Assembly (NCBI GenBank): GCA_003134035.1
Contig: PLAE01000249.1
Span: forward strand, 2,964-66,963
DNA from: Vulcanimicrobiota bacterium
GTDB lineage: Bacteria > Vulcanimicrobiota > Vulcanimicrobiia > Vulcanimicrobiales > Vulcanimicrobiaceae
DNA length: 64,000 nucleotides
Reading direction: 5' to 3'
A program made the position numbers and the translations under genes. Below are positions 18,953-26,622 of this stretch, one piece after another; the stretch's first letter is position 1; each line of letters begins with the position of its first letter. The notes beneath the pieces were generated by a model. It saw nothing but the letters and a program-made list of their open reading frames with translations, ran no database searches and had not been told where the DNA came from.

Positions 18953-19246
18953 ATGGCCACCTATCTCGAATTACTCCAGAAGATCCAAGCGCAGACGCTC
19001 GAAAACCTCAAACAAATCCAAGCCGTCCAGGTTTCGACCCTAACGACCGCGCGCGAACTCGCCACCAGCCTGCCCTCGATCGCCGCGGTGCCGAGTGTGC
19101 CGACCATCGAAGGCCTGCCCACCCTCGCGCAGATTTCCGAAGTGAACACCGCGTTCGCGACCCAATTGCTCGATCAGCAAAAAGCGTACGCGAGCCAGCT
19201 CGCCGAGCTGTTCACCCCCGCCCCGGTAAAGACGAGCTCGAACTAG
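18953..19246 (+). CDS. Small helical protein, possible phasin-like granule protein
   Basis: GGAGGAAGAG lies before ATG 18953. The sequence is a Q/A/L/T-rich amphipathic helix ('YLELLQKIQAQTLENLKQIQAVQ'). Function is inferred only from the PHA-locus context. Confidence 0.45.
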   Translation: MATYLELLQKIQAQTLENLKQIQAVQVSTLTTARELATSLPSIAAVPSVPTIEGLPTLAQISEVNTAFATQLLDQQKAYASQLAELFTPAPVKTSSN

Positions 19247-19389
19247 GAATCTGCCGCCGAACCGTCTGGTTCGACAGGCCCGGTTTCGATTGCGCGCCGC
19301 AGCTTGGGCTGAGGCGTGCTTTTCTTTTACGGCGACCGCGCGTGCCGGCGTTGCGGTAAGAAACGCCGGGCGAGGCGAAGAGACCCGCT

Positions 19390-20175
19390 ATGATCGACAC
19401 AGCGATGTATCGTTATCTGTCTTTGACCGTCGACGACGGCGTCGCGGCGCTCACGTTGGCGCGGGCCGAGAAACGCAATGCACTTTCGCTCGCGGTGATG
19501 CGCGAACTCATCGGCGCGTTCGGCGCTATCGAGTCGGACCGCGGCGTCCGCGTCGTCGTCTTGCGCGGTTTGGGTCCGGCCTTTAGCGCCGGACACGACT
19601 TGCGCGAGATGCTGGCGCGCAGCGTTCGCGAGTACCGCGAAATTTTCGCTACTTGCGTCACGCTCATGGAATCGATCCAGCGTATCCCGCAGCCGGTCAT
19701 CGCCGAAGTCGGCGGCGTCGCCACGGCCGCGGGTTGTCAGCTCGTTGCCGCCTGCGATCTCGCGGTTGCGTCGACCGCAGCGACCTTTGCCGTGCCGGGC
19801 GTCAAGATCGGCTTATTTTGTTCGACGCCGATGGTCGCGCTCACGCGCGCTATCGGCCGCAAGCGCGCGCTGGAAATGTTGCTGACCGGCGAGTCCATCG
19901 ATGCGGCGACGGCCGCGGAGTGGGGGCTCGTCAACCGGGTCGTCGCGCCGCACGAACTTGCCGCCGCGACCAATGCGTTGGCGCGGCGCATCGCGGGCGC
20001 CAGCAGCTTCGTCGTCGGTTTGGGTAAAGCCGCGTTTTACACGCAGATCGATCTCGACCAAGCGCAGGCATATGCCTACGCGAAAGAAGTAATGAGCATG
20101 AACGCTCTAGCCGACGATGCTCAGGAAGGCATGGCGGCGTTTCTCGAACGGCGCGCGCCGGACTGGAAAAGCTAA
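19390..20175 (+). CDS. Enoyl-CoA hydratase/isomerase (crotonase) family
   Basis: 'AEKRNALS', 'VVVLRGLGPAFSAGHDL' and 'GGVATAAGCQL' are present. Confidence 0.85.
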   Translation: MIDTAMYRYLSLTVDDGVAALTLARAEKRNALSLAVMRELIGAFGAIESDRGVRVVVLRGLGPAFSAGHDLREMLARSVREYREIFATCVTLMESIQRIPQPVIAEVGGVATAAGCQLVAACDLAVASTAATFAVPGVKIGLFCSTPMVALTRAIGRKRALEMLLTGESIDAATAAEWGLVNRVVAPHELAAATNALARRIAGASSFVVGLGKAAFYTQIDLDQAQAYAYAKEVMSMNALADDAQEGMAAFLERRAPDWKS

Positions 20176-20381
20176 CCGCCGCCGTCGTTCCTTAGCTCAG
20201 CCGCTTCACAGCGAATTTTATCGTAGCTTTATCTTGTAGCGCGGGAATTCGGCGCGGCCCGCACTATTTGATCATTTGAAACTTTGCGCGCAGTGCAGAG
20301 TGGGCGCTGCAGCGACTTGCACGGACGTCGCCCACACCCGGTAGTAGGGCAACCTGCTACGCGACGGCAACAGGGCTCGCG

Positions 20382-21446
20382 CTATGCGGGCCTTGTTGTT
20401 TGGAGCCGGAGTTCGGGCGCCAGGATCGCGGCGAGCGCTTCGGCCTCGGCTAAGAACGCATCGTGCCCGTGACCCGTTGCGAAGGTGTGGTACGAACACG
20501 CGTAACCCAACGCGGCGTAACGCGCCGCCGTTCGTTCGATGTAGTGCTTGGGAAAGAGCCAATCGTTTTCGATGCCGACGAAGGTCAAGCGCGGCGTGCG
20601 GTCGGCCGGCGAACACTCGCGCACGTCGAACAGATCCATGGCCCGCGTCAGCGCTAAATACGCATTGGCGTCCATGCGCTTGGCGAAAATGTCGCCTTGG
20701 TACGCGAGGTAGCCCTCAACGTCGAAGCGGTCGCCGCGATTGCGCGCCGGATCGCCGCCGGCGCGGTCGAGCCGATTGCCGAAGCGCGTCTCGAACAGCA
20801 CGTCGCTCTTGTACGTGAGCATCGCGATCATGCGCGCGAGCCGCACGCCTTGGGTCGGCTGCAGGTCGGGCGGATAGTTGCCGCCGGCGAATCCCGGATC
20901 GTTGTAGATCGCCTGACGGGCGACGGCGTTGAGTCCGATTCCCATTGCCGAAAACGCATCGTACGCACCGACGATTACTGCGTTTTCGACGAATGGCCCG
21001 TATTCCAGCGCCCAGGTCAACGCCTGCATTCCGCCCAGCGATCCGCCGATCACGACCGCCAGCCGCTCGATGCCAAGCGCCGCGAGCGCGCGCTGCTGCG
21101 CCTCGACCATGTCGCGCACGCAAACGATCGGGAATCGCGCGGCATAGGGCGCGCCGTCGGGGGCCGGCGACGCCGGTCCGGTCGAGCCGTAGCAACTTCC
21201 GAGCGCGTTGACGCCCAGCACGCACCACTGCGTCGGATCGAACAGCTTCCCCGGTCCAGCGATGCCGTTCCACCAATCGCCGACCCGGCTCGAACCCGTC
21301 AATGCGTGCGGGACGAGTACGGCGTTCGCGCGCCGCGTGTCGAACTCGCCGTACTGTGTGACGCGCTGAACGACGCGCTCGAGTCGTTCGCCGTTAGCCA
21401 AAGTCAACGCGCCGATGTCGACATCGGTCGTGCGCGTGGGCTCCAC
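20382..21446 (-). CDS. metX: Homoserine O-acetyltransferase
   Basis: 'NAVLVPHALTGSS', 'VIGGSLGGMQAL' and C-terminal 'GHDAFL' are present. Confidence 0.9.
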   Translation of the reverse strand: MEPTRTTDVDIGALTLANGERLERVVQRVTQYGEFDTRRANAVLVPHALTGSSRVGDWWNGIAGPGKLFDPTQWCVLGVNALGSCYGSTGPASPAPDGAPYAARFPIVCVRDMVEAQQRALAALGIERLAVVIGGSLGGMQALTWALEYGPFVENAVIVGAYDAFSAMGIGLNAVARQAIYNDPGFAGGNYPPDLQPTQGVRLARMIAMLTYKSDVLFETRFGNRLDRAGGDPARNRGDRFDVEGYLAYQGDIFAKRMDANAYLALTRAMDLFDVRECSPADRTPRLTFVGIENDWLFPKHYIERTAARYAALGYACSYHTFATGHGHDAFLAEAEALAAILAPELRLQTTRPA

Positions 21447-21519
21447 GCTTATGCTTCAACTCCGACGGACATGCCGACTCCAGAAAGTAGCAAGGCCAAG
21501 CGTACCGAACGCGGCGCTC

Positions 21520-22356
21520 GTGCGTCAAGTTGAACGGCCGGTCCCGCTCCCCTCCGGGGGCATGCTTTCCGCGGCCGGAGATCCGGCCAAACCCGCCGTG
21601 CTGTTTCTGCACGGCGTCGGTGGCGCGGCGTGGTCGTGGCGGCCGCAGGTCGCCGATCTGTCCGCCGACCGCGCCTGCTTTGTGTGGGAAGCACGCGGCC
21701 ACGGATCAGCGCCGCGCGTTCGCGACGCGGGCTTGGCCGATTACTACACCGACGCGCGCGAAGCGCTGACCGAGGTGCGGGCCCGAACCTCGGCGGGCAT
21801 TACCATCGCCGGCCACTCGATGGGCGGCTTATTGGCGATCGCGCTGGGGGCCGAATCGCCCGAGCGCATCAATGGGCTCGTGCTCGTCGATCCGGTGTAT
21901 CCCGAAACCGAAGGCGAGTCGGCCCACGATCTGGGCCCGCTGACGCCGCTTGCGCTGCTGCTCATGAAGCCGCTGGTGGCGTCGTTCGTGCGTGACGGCT
22001 TCGTCGCCCGGTCGATCGCGCGCTGGATCTTCGAGCACAGCTTCACCGATCGCGCCCGGATGGAAGCAGCTTGGGTCGATCAGCGCCGCCAGGTGCCGAT
22101 CGAATACCCCAAGATGTTTTTCGAGGCCTTTGGGCAGCCGCAAGGCTTCCCGATCGCACCGTTCGCGCAGGCGATCGCGGTGCCGGTGCTGACCTTTAAT
22201 CCGCGATCAGCGGCGCTGGTTCACGCGCTGCGCGCGCGGCTAGGCGAGCGGTTTGAATGCGAGCGGCTTGCGGGCGGCCACTACCTGCAGCTCGACCGGC
22301 CGCAGGAAGTCAATGAGCGGCTTCGGCGGTTCTTGCGCGAACGGGTCGATGCGTGA
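21520..22356 (+). CDS. Alpha/beta hydrolase
   Basis: 'AVLFLHGVGG' and nucleophile elbow 'GHSMGG' are present. Start uncertain (GTG 21520 or ATG 21562). Confidence 0.7.
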   Translation: MRQVERPVPLPSGGMLSAAGDPAKPAVLFLHGVGGAAWSWRPQVADLSADRACFVWEARGHGSAPRVRDAGLADYYTDAREALTEVRARTSAGITIAGHSMGGLLAIALGAESPERINGLVLVDPVYPETEGESAHDLGPLTPLALLLMKPLVASFVRDGFVARSIARWIFEHSFTDRARMEAAWVDQRRQVPIEYPKMFFEAFGQPQGFPIAPFAQAIAVPVLTFNPRSAALVHALRARLGERFECERLAGGHYLQLDRPQEVNERLRRFLRERVDA

Positions 22357-24341
22357 CGTATCGCCGTATCCTGTTCATCTTGCTTGCCGTCGGGCTGGCG
22401 GCGGCGGCTTACGTCGCCGCGCGGCGCGTGCATCACGAAGCGCAAGCCCGCTATGTCGAAATCGTTATGGACGACGCCGACTTCAGTTCGCTCGCGCGCT
22501 CGTACGGCTACGATCAGAGCGCGTTTTTGCGCGCGCTCAAACGCGCCGGGCTCACGTCGCTGGCGGTGGCCGAGGAACTCGGCAGCGGCGTTTCGTCGTC
22601 GGGCAGCGGCGCGGTCTACGCCGGCACGACCCTGCTCGCGCAATCGCGCTTGGGTCCGCTGGGCGATCCGGTCTTGGCACGGCTCGCCCGCAGCGGCGGG
22701 TTGCGGCCCGACGAAGTGTACCTCATCGCGTACGACGCGCCGACGGCGGCCCGCTATCGCACCCAGCTCGGGCTCAAGTTCGCACCGAGAACCGTGCGCG
22801 TGCTGCGCGCGACGCTGCCGGCGATCTTCGCCGTGCGCACGCAGAGCGATTATTTCGCCGCGGTTGGCCTAGGGCTGTCGGCCGAACGCGTCGACTTGGC
22901 CCAGCGGCTGGGCCTGGACCTGGTGCCGCGGCTGCAGAACGATGAACGCTTCGACGCCGCGCAGATTGACGCTCTCGTCGGCACGGCGACTCACGGTGCG
23001 CGCGCGCGCACGCTGATCTTCTTCGGGTTGCGCAACCAAGTTTTAGGCTATCCCGCCAGCCTCGATGCCGCCGCCCTGATGTTTCGCCGCACAAAGCTCA
23101 ACTTCGGCGACATCGAAACCTACGATCCCAAGCAAATTCAAGCCGGGACCGACGATTTAGCCCGCAAGATTCCCGGGCGGATCGTGCGCGTCCAAGCGAT
23201 CTCGAAGATCGAGCAAGACAAGCTCGCGCCGCGTGACATCATCGAGCGCTATTTGCTCGGCGTGCGCGAGCGCAACATCCGGGTCATTTACCTGCGGCCC
23301 TTCGCGCATCAGTGGGATACCGGAAAGGGACCGCTCTCGATCGAGGCGACCAACGTCGAACTGGTGCACCGGATCGCGGACGGCGTGCGGCGCGACGGGT
23401 ATCGCCTGGGCGGCGCGTCGCCGATCTATCCGTTCGTCGTGCAGCCGTGGCTCGTCGTGCTGGTGTCGCTGGCCGTACCCGCGATGCTGCTGCTGCTGCT
23501 CGATACACTGGGGATCGGCGACCCGCGCTGGGCACTCGCGGCCGTCGCCATCGCTATCGCGCTCGTCGTCGCGGGCTACCTCGTCCACCACGACTTCCTT
23601 GCCCGGCAAGTGCTGGCGCTCGTCGCGGGCATCCTGTTCCCGGTCGCCGGCGTCGCCACGATCGCGCCGCTGTTCGCCCGCCCGCGGGCGCGGTCGCTGC
23701 GCGAAACGGTCGGGCGGGGACTCATCGCGCTGGGCGAGGCAACGGGCGTCGCGCTAGCCGGCGCCTTGGTCGTGATCGGCCTGCTTTCGACGCCGCTCAC
23801 GATGGTCGAAGTCGACCGCTTCGCCGGCGTGAAGCTGCTGCTGTTGGTTCCGCCGCTGGCGGCGCTCGCGCTCTACCTGCTCACGCCGTTATGGAGCGCG
23901 CGCGTTGAGGATCCGGTCGCCGCCGCGCGCGCGCCGGTTCGGATCGACGCCCTCGCGCTGGGCCTCATCATCATCGGCGGCGCCTACGTGCTGCAGGCGC
24001 GCAGCGGCAATCAGAGCGACATCGCACCGTCGTCGTTCGAGCTTGCGCTGCGCGCACACTTGACCTCGATCTTGAGCGTGCGGCCGCGCTTCAAGGAATT
24101 CCTCATCGGCTTTCCCGCGCTCATGCTCGTGCCGGCGTTACGGGCGAGCGACCTGCGCGCCGTCGGCTGGCTCCTCGTACTGGCGATCGGGATGGGGCTC
24201 GGCGACGTCGTGGACACGTTTTCGCACCTGCACACGCCGCTGGCGATCTCGGTGCTGCGCATCGTCAATGGGGCGGTGCTCGGCGCCGTGGTCGGGACGA
24301 TCGCAATCGCGGTCTACCGCCGGCTGCGGCCCGTGCGGTGA
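22353..24341 (+). CDS. DUF5693-like polytopic membrane protein (CsaB-associated)
   Basis: N-terminal TM segment, a large soluble domain, then about 8 TM segments. It is 4-nt coupled to csaB downstream, the arrangement I associate with DUF5693. Confidence 0.7.
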   Translation: MTYRRILFILLAVGLAAAAYVAARRVHHEAQARYVEIVMDDADFSSLARSYGYDQSAFLRALKRAGLTSLAVAEELGSGVSSSGSGAVYAGTTLLAQSRLGPLGDPVLARLARSGGLRPDEVYLIAYDAPTAARYRTQLGLKFAPRTVRVLRATLPAIFAVRTQSDYFAAVGLGLSAERVDLAQRLGLDLVPRLQNDERFDAAQIDALVGTATHGARARTLIFFGLRNQVLGYPASLDAAALMFRRTKLNFGDIETYDPKQIQAGTDDLARKIPGRIVRVQAISKIEQDKLAPRDIIERYLLGVRERNIRVIYLRPFAHQWDTGKGPLSIEATNVELVHRIADGVRRDGYRLGGASPIYPFVVQPWLVVLVSLAVPAMLLLLLDTLGIGDPRWALAAVAIAIALVVAGYLVHHDFLARQVLALVAGILFPVAGVATIAPLFARPRARSLRETVGRGLIALGEATGVALAGALVVIGLLSTPLTMVEVDRFAGVKLLLLVPPLAALALYLLTPLWSARVEDPVAAARAPVRIDALALGLIIIGGAYVLQARSGNQSDIAPSSFELALRAHLTSILSVRPRFKEFLIGFPALMLVPALRASDLRAVGWLLVLAIGMGLGDVVDTFSHLHTPLAISVLRIVNGAVLGAVVGTIAIAVYRRLRPVR

Positions 24342-25474
24342 CGCCGCGCTTTTTGATCTCGGGCTATTACGGCTTCGGAAACCTCGGCGACGAGGCGCTT
24401 TTGGGGGTCGTCGTCGCCGAGTTGCGGCGCCGCCATGCGGGCTGCGCGATCGACGTGCTGACGGGCGACCTCGCCGGAACCGCCGCCGCGTACGCGGTCG
24501 AGGTCACACCGCGGGCCGACGCGCGCGCGGTCCGGCGCGCGATCGGGCGGGCGGACGTCGTCATCTCCGGCGGCGGCGGTTTGCTGCAGAACGCCACGAG
24601 CCTACGCAGTCTGATATATTATGCGGGCATCATCCGGGTCGCGATCGGCGCCAAAAAGCCGACGATGATTTTCGCCCAGTCCGTCGGCCCACTCGACTTT
24701 TGGGGGAAGGCCGTGGTTCGTCAGTTCTGTCGCGGCGTCGCACGCGCCACCGTGCGCGACGAACGTTCGCGGACGTTGTTGACCCCGCTCTTGGCCGGAA
24801 CGCCGGTCGAGCGCACCGCCGATCCGGTTTTCCTTTTCACGCCCGGCGAAGCGCCGCTCGATCTCGACGCCGAAGGGTTGGGCGCAAGCGATCCGCTGGT
24901 GGTCGTTTCGGTGCGACGCTGGCAGGGCGCCGACCGGACCGCATCGGCGATCGCCACCGCCGTCGACCGGCTGGTCGACGCCTACGGCGCGCGGGTCGCG
25001 TTTTTGCCGCTCGGCGGCGCGCCCGACGCCGAAGTTTCGACCGTCGTCATCCGCCGCTGCCGCTCAAACCCGGTGCTGCTGCCGAGTTATTCGCTGGCGC
25101 AAGTGGCGCAGGTCATCGCGCGCGCCCGGCTCGTCATCGGGATGCGCCTGCACGCGCTCATCATCGCCGCGCGGCTGGGCGTGCCGTTCACGGCGCTGCC
25201 GTACGACCCCAAGGTGAGCGCGCTGCTCGAAGAACTGCGGTATCCGCTCGAGCCGCTGTTCGTGCCCGGGACGAGTCTGCCGCCTAGCCAAGAGATCGAG
25301 CGCCGCATCGATGCCGCCTGGGCGCGGCGGGACGAACTCGCCGCGCACTTGCGGCGCATCGCGCCCGAGGTCGAACGGCTGGCGGAGCGCAATTTCGACG
25401 TGCTCGACGAACTCGTGACAAACGGCGGAAAAAACCAGCAGGCGTCACGCGCGAGCCGCGTGAACGACGGCTGA
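24338..25474 (+). CDS. csaB: Polysaccharide pyruvyl transferase CsaB
   Basis: GTG 24338 overlaps the upstream stop (GTGA). '[16 protein letters not shown]' and '[11 protein letters not shown]' are typical of CsaB. Confidence 0.8.
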   Translation: MTPRFLISGYYGFGNLGDEALLGVVVAELRRRHAGCAIDVLTGDLAGTAAAYAVEVTPRADARAVRRAIGRADVVISGGGGLLQNATSLRSLIYYAGIIRVAIGAKKPTMIFAQSVGPLDFWGKAVVRQFCRGVARATVRDERSRTLLTPLLAGTPVERTADPVFLFTPGEAPLDLDAEGLGASDPLVVVSVRRWQGADRTASAIATAVDRLVDAYGARVAFLPLGGAPDAEVSTVVIRRCRSNPVLLPSYSLAQVAQVIARARLVIGMRLHALIIAARLGVPFTALPYDPKVSALLEELRYPLEPLFVPGTSLPPSQEIERRIDAAWARRDELAAHLRRIAPEVERLAERNFDVLDELVTNGGKNQQASRASRVNDG

Positions 25475-25479
25475 CCGCG

Positions 25480-26415
25480 ATGCGCCTGACATTTATCATC
25501 GGCCGCTTCTTCGATATCCGCGTCGGCGTTCACGTGTCGTGGCTCGCCCTCTACGCGTTCGTGACGCTGTCGATCGCGGGCAGCATCACGGGCGTTTCGC
25601 ACGTCGCGGCCGTCGCGCTCGCCGCGGTGTGCGCGCTGCTGGTTTTCTTGAGCGTGATCGCGCACGAATTCGCGCACGCGCTGGTCGCGCGCGGCTTCGG
25701 CGTTCGAACCAAAGCGATCACGCTGTTTTTGTTCGGCGGCGTCGCGATGCTCGAATCCGAGCCGCCGTCGCCGCGCGCGGAGGCGCTCATCGCGCTGGCG
25801 GGTCCAGGAATGAGCGGCGTCTTGGCGCTCACGGCGTACGGGCTGCTATGCGTGTGCGAACGCTGGTCGAGCGGATCGCTTGCCGATGCCGTCGGCATGC
25901 TGCTCGCGTATCTTTCGCTGGCCAACGCGGTCTTGGCACTGTTCAATTTGGCTCCGGCCTTTCCGATGGACGGCGGGCGCGTGCTGCGCGCCGCGGTCTG
26001 GCAGCTCCGCAAAAGCCGCGCCGCCGCGACCGGCGCGGCTTCGATCGTCAGCTTGGTCTTGGCGGGCGCGTTGGCCGTCGGCGGCCTGGTAACGGCGCTC
26101 GTTTTCCACTCCTGGCAATACGCGTGGTACTCGCTCGTCGGCGGATTTTTGCTGCGCCAAGGCTGGCTGCAATTTCACGATTCGCGGTATATCGAACGGC
26201 TCGAACGGGTTCGCGTCAGCGACGTGATGGACGCTGCCGGCGCGCGCGAGCTGCCCGGCGACGGCTTTTCGCTGGCTTCCTCGGCTAGCGCGCTCGACGC
26301 GGTGAGCGTCTTTCGGGCCAGCAACCGCACCGAGATCGCCGTGGTCGACGCCGGCCGCCTCTCGGGCTGGCTGAACCGCGAACGAATGCTCGAAATCTTC
26401 GACCGCGCGGCCTAA
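25480..26415 (+). CDS. Site-2 protease family (M50) metallopeptidase with a C-terminal CBS-like module
   Basis: 'HEFAH' zinc motif and '[12 protein letters not shown]' are present. Confidence 0.8.
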   Translation: MRLTFIIGRFFDIRVGVHVSWLALYAFVTLSIAGSITGVSHVAAVALAAVCALLVFLSVIAHEFAHALVARGFGVRTKAITLFLFGGVAMLESEPPSPRAEALIALAGPGMSGVLALTAYGLLCVCERWSSGSLADAVGMLLAYLSLANAVLALFNLAPAFPMDGGRVLRAAVWQLRKSRAAATGAASIVSLVLAGALAVGGLVTALVFHSWQYAWYSLVGGFLLRQGWLQFHDSRYIERLERVRVSDVMDAAGARELPGDGFSLASSASALDAVSVFRASNRTEIAVVDAGRLSGWLNRERMLEIFDRAA

Positions 26416-26622
26416 CAGTGCGCCCGAGCCGCTCGTTTCGTCGGCGTAACCGTTAAGGCGATCAAGCGTTGCGGGGCCGAAAGGCCGGAGCAGCCGCACG
26501 TCGCCGATTTTGCCTTGATGCACGACCGCGCGGGAAGTCTCGGAGCCAGGCGAGCATCCACGGTCGGCCGAGAAGGGAACGCGGCATGGGCCGCCGGTCG
26601 GTACCCCGAATGTCGTCGAGTC
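26416..26622 (+). promoter_or_regulatory. Structured ileS 5' leader, weak T-box-like candidate
   Basis: Nested stems (ATCAAG...CTTGAT, GGCC-GAAA-GGCC). 'GGUCGGUACCCCG' resembles the T-box core GGGUGGUACCGCG at 10 of 13 positions. An AUC triplet lies in 'GAGCAUCCACGG'. Not validated. Confidence 0.3.

Noticed and set aside
20188-20215. 'CCTTAGCTCAGCCGCTTCACAGCG' resembles a tRNA D-arm (TAGCTCAG).
   Set aside because: I could not build an acceptor stem, anticodon arm or T-arm around it. It is probably a chance match in the convergent crotonase/metX gap.
21447-21519. Short metX leader with a mini-ORF (MSVGVEA), considered as a SAM riboswitch or Met leader.
   Set aside because: It is far too short for a SAM riboswitch, has no Met enrichment and no terminator.
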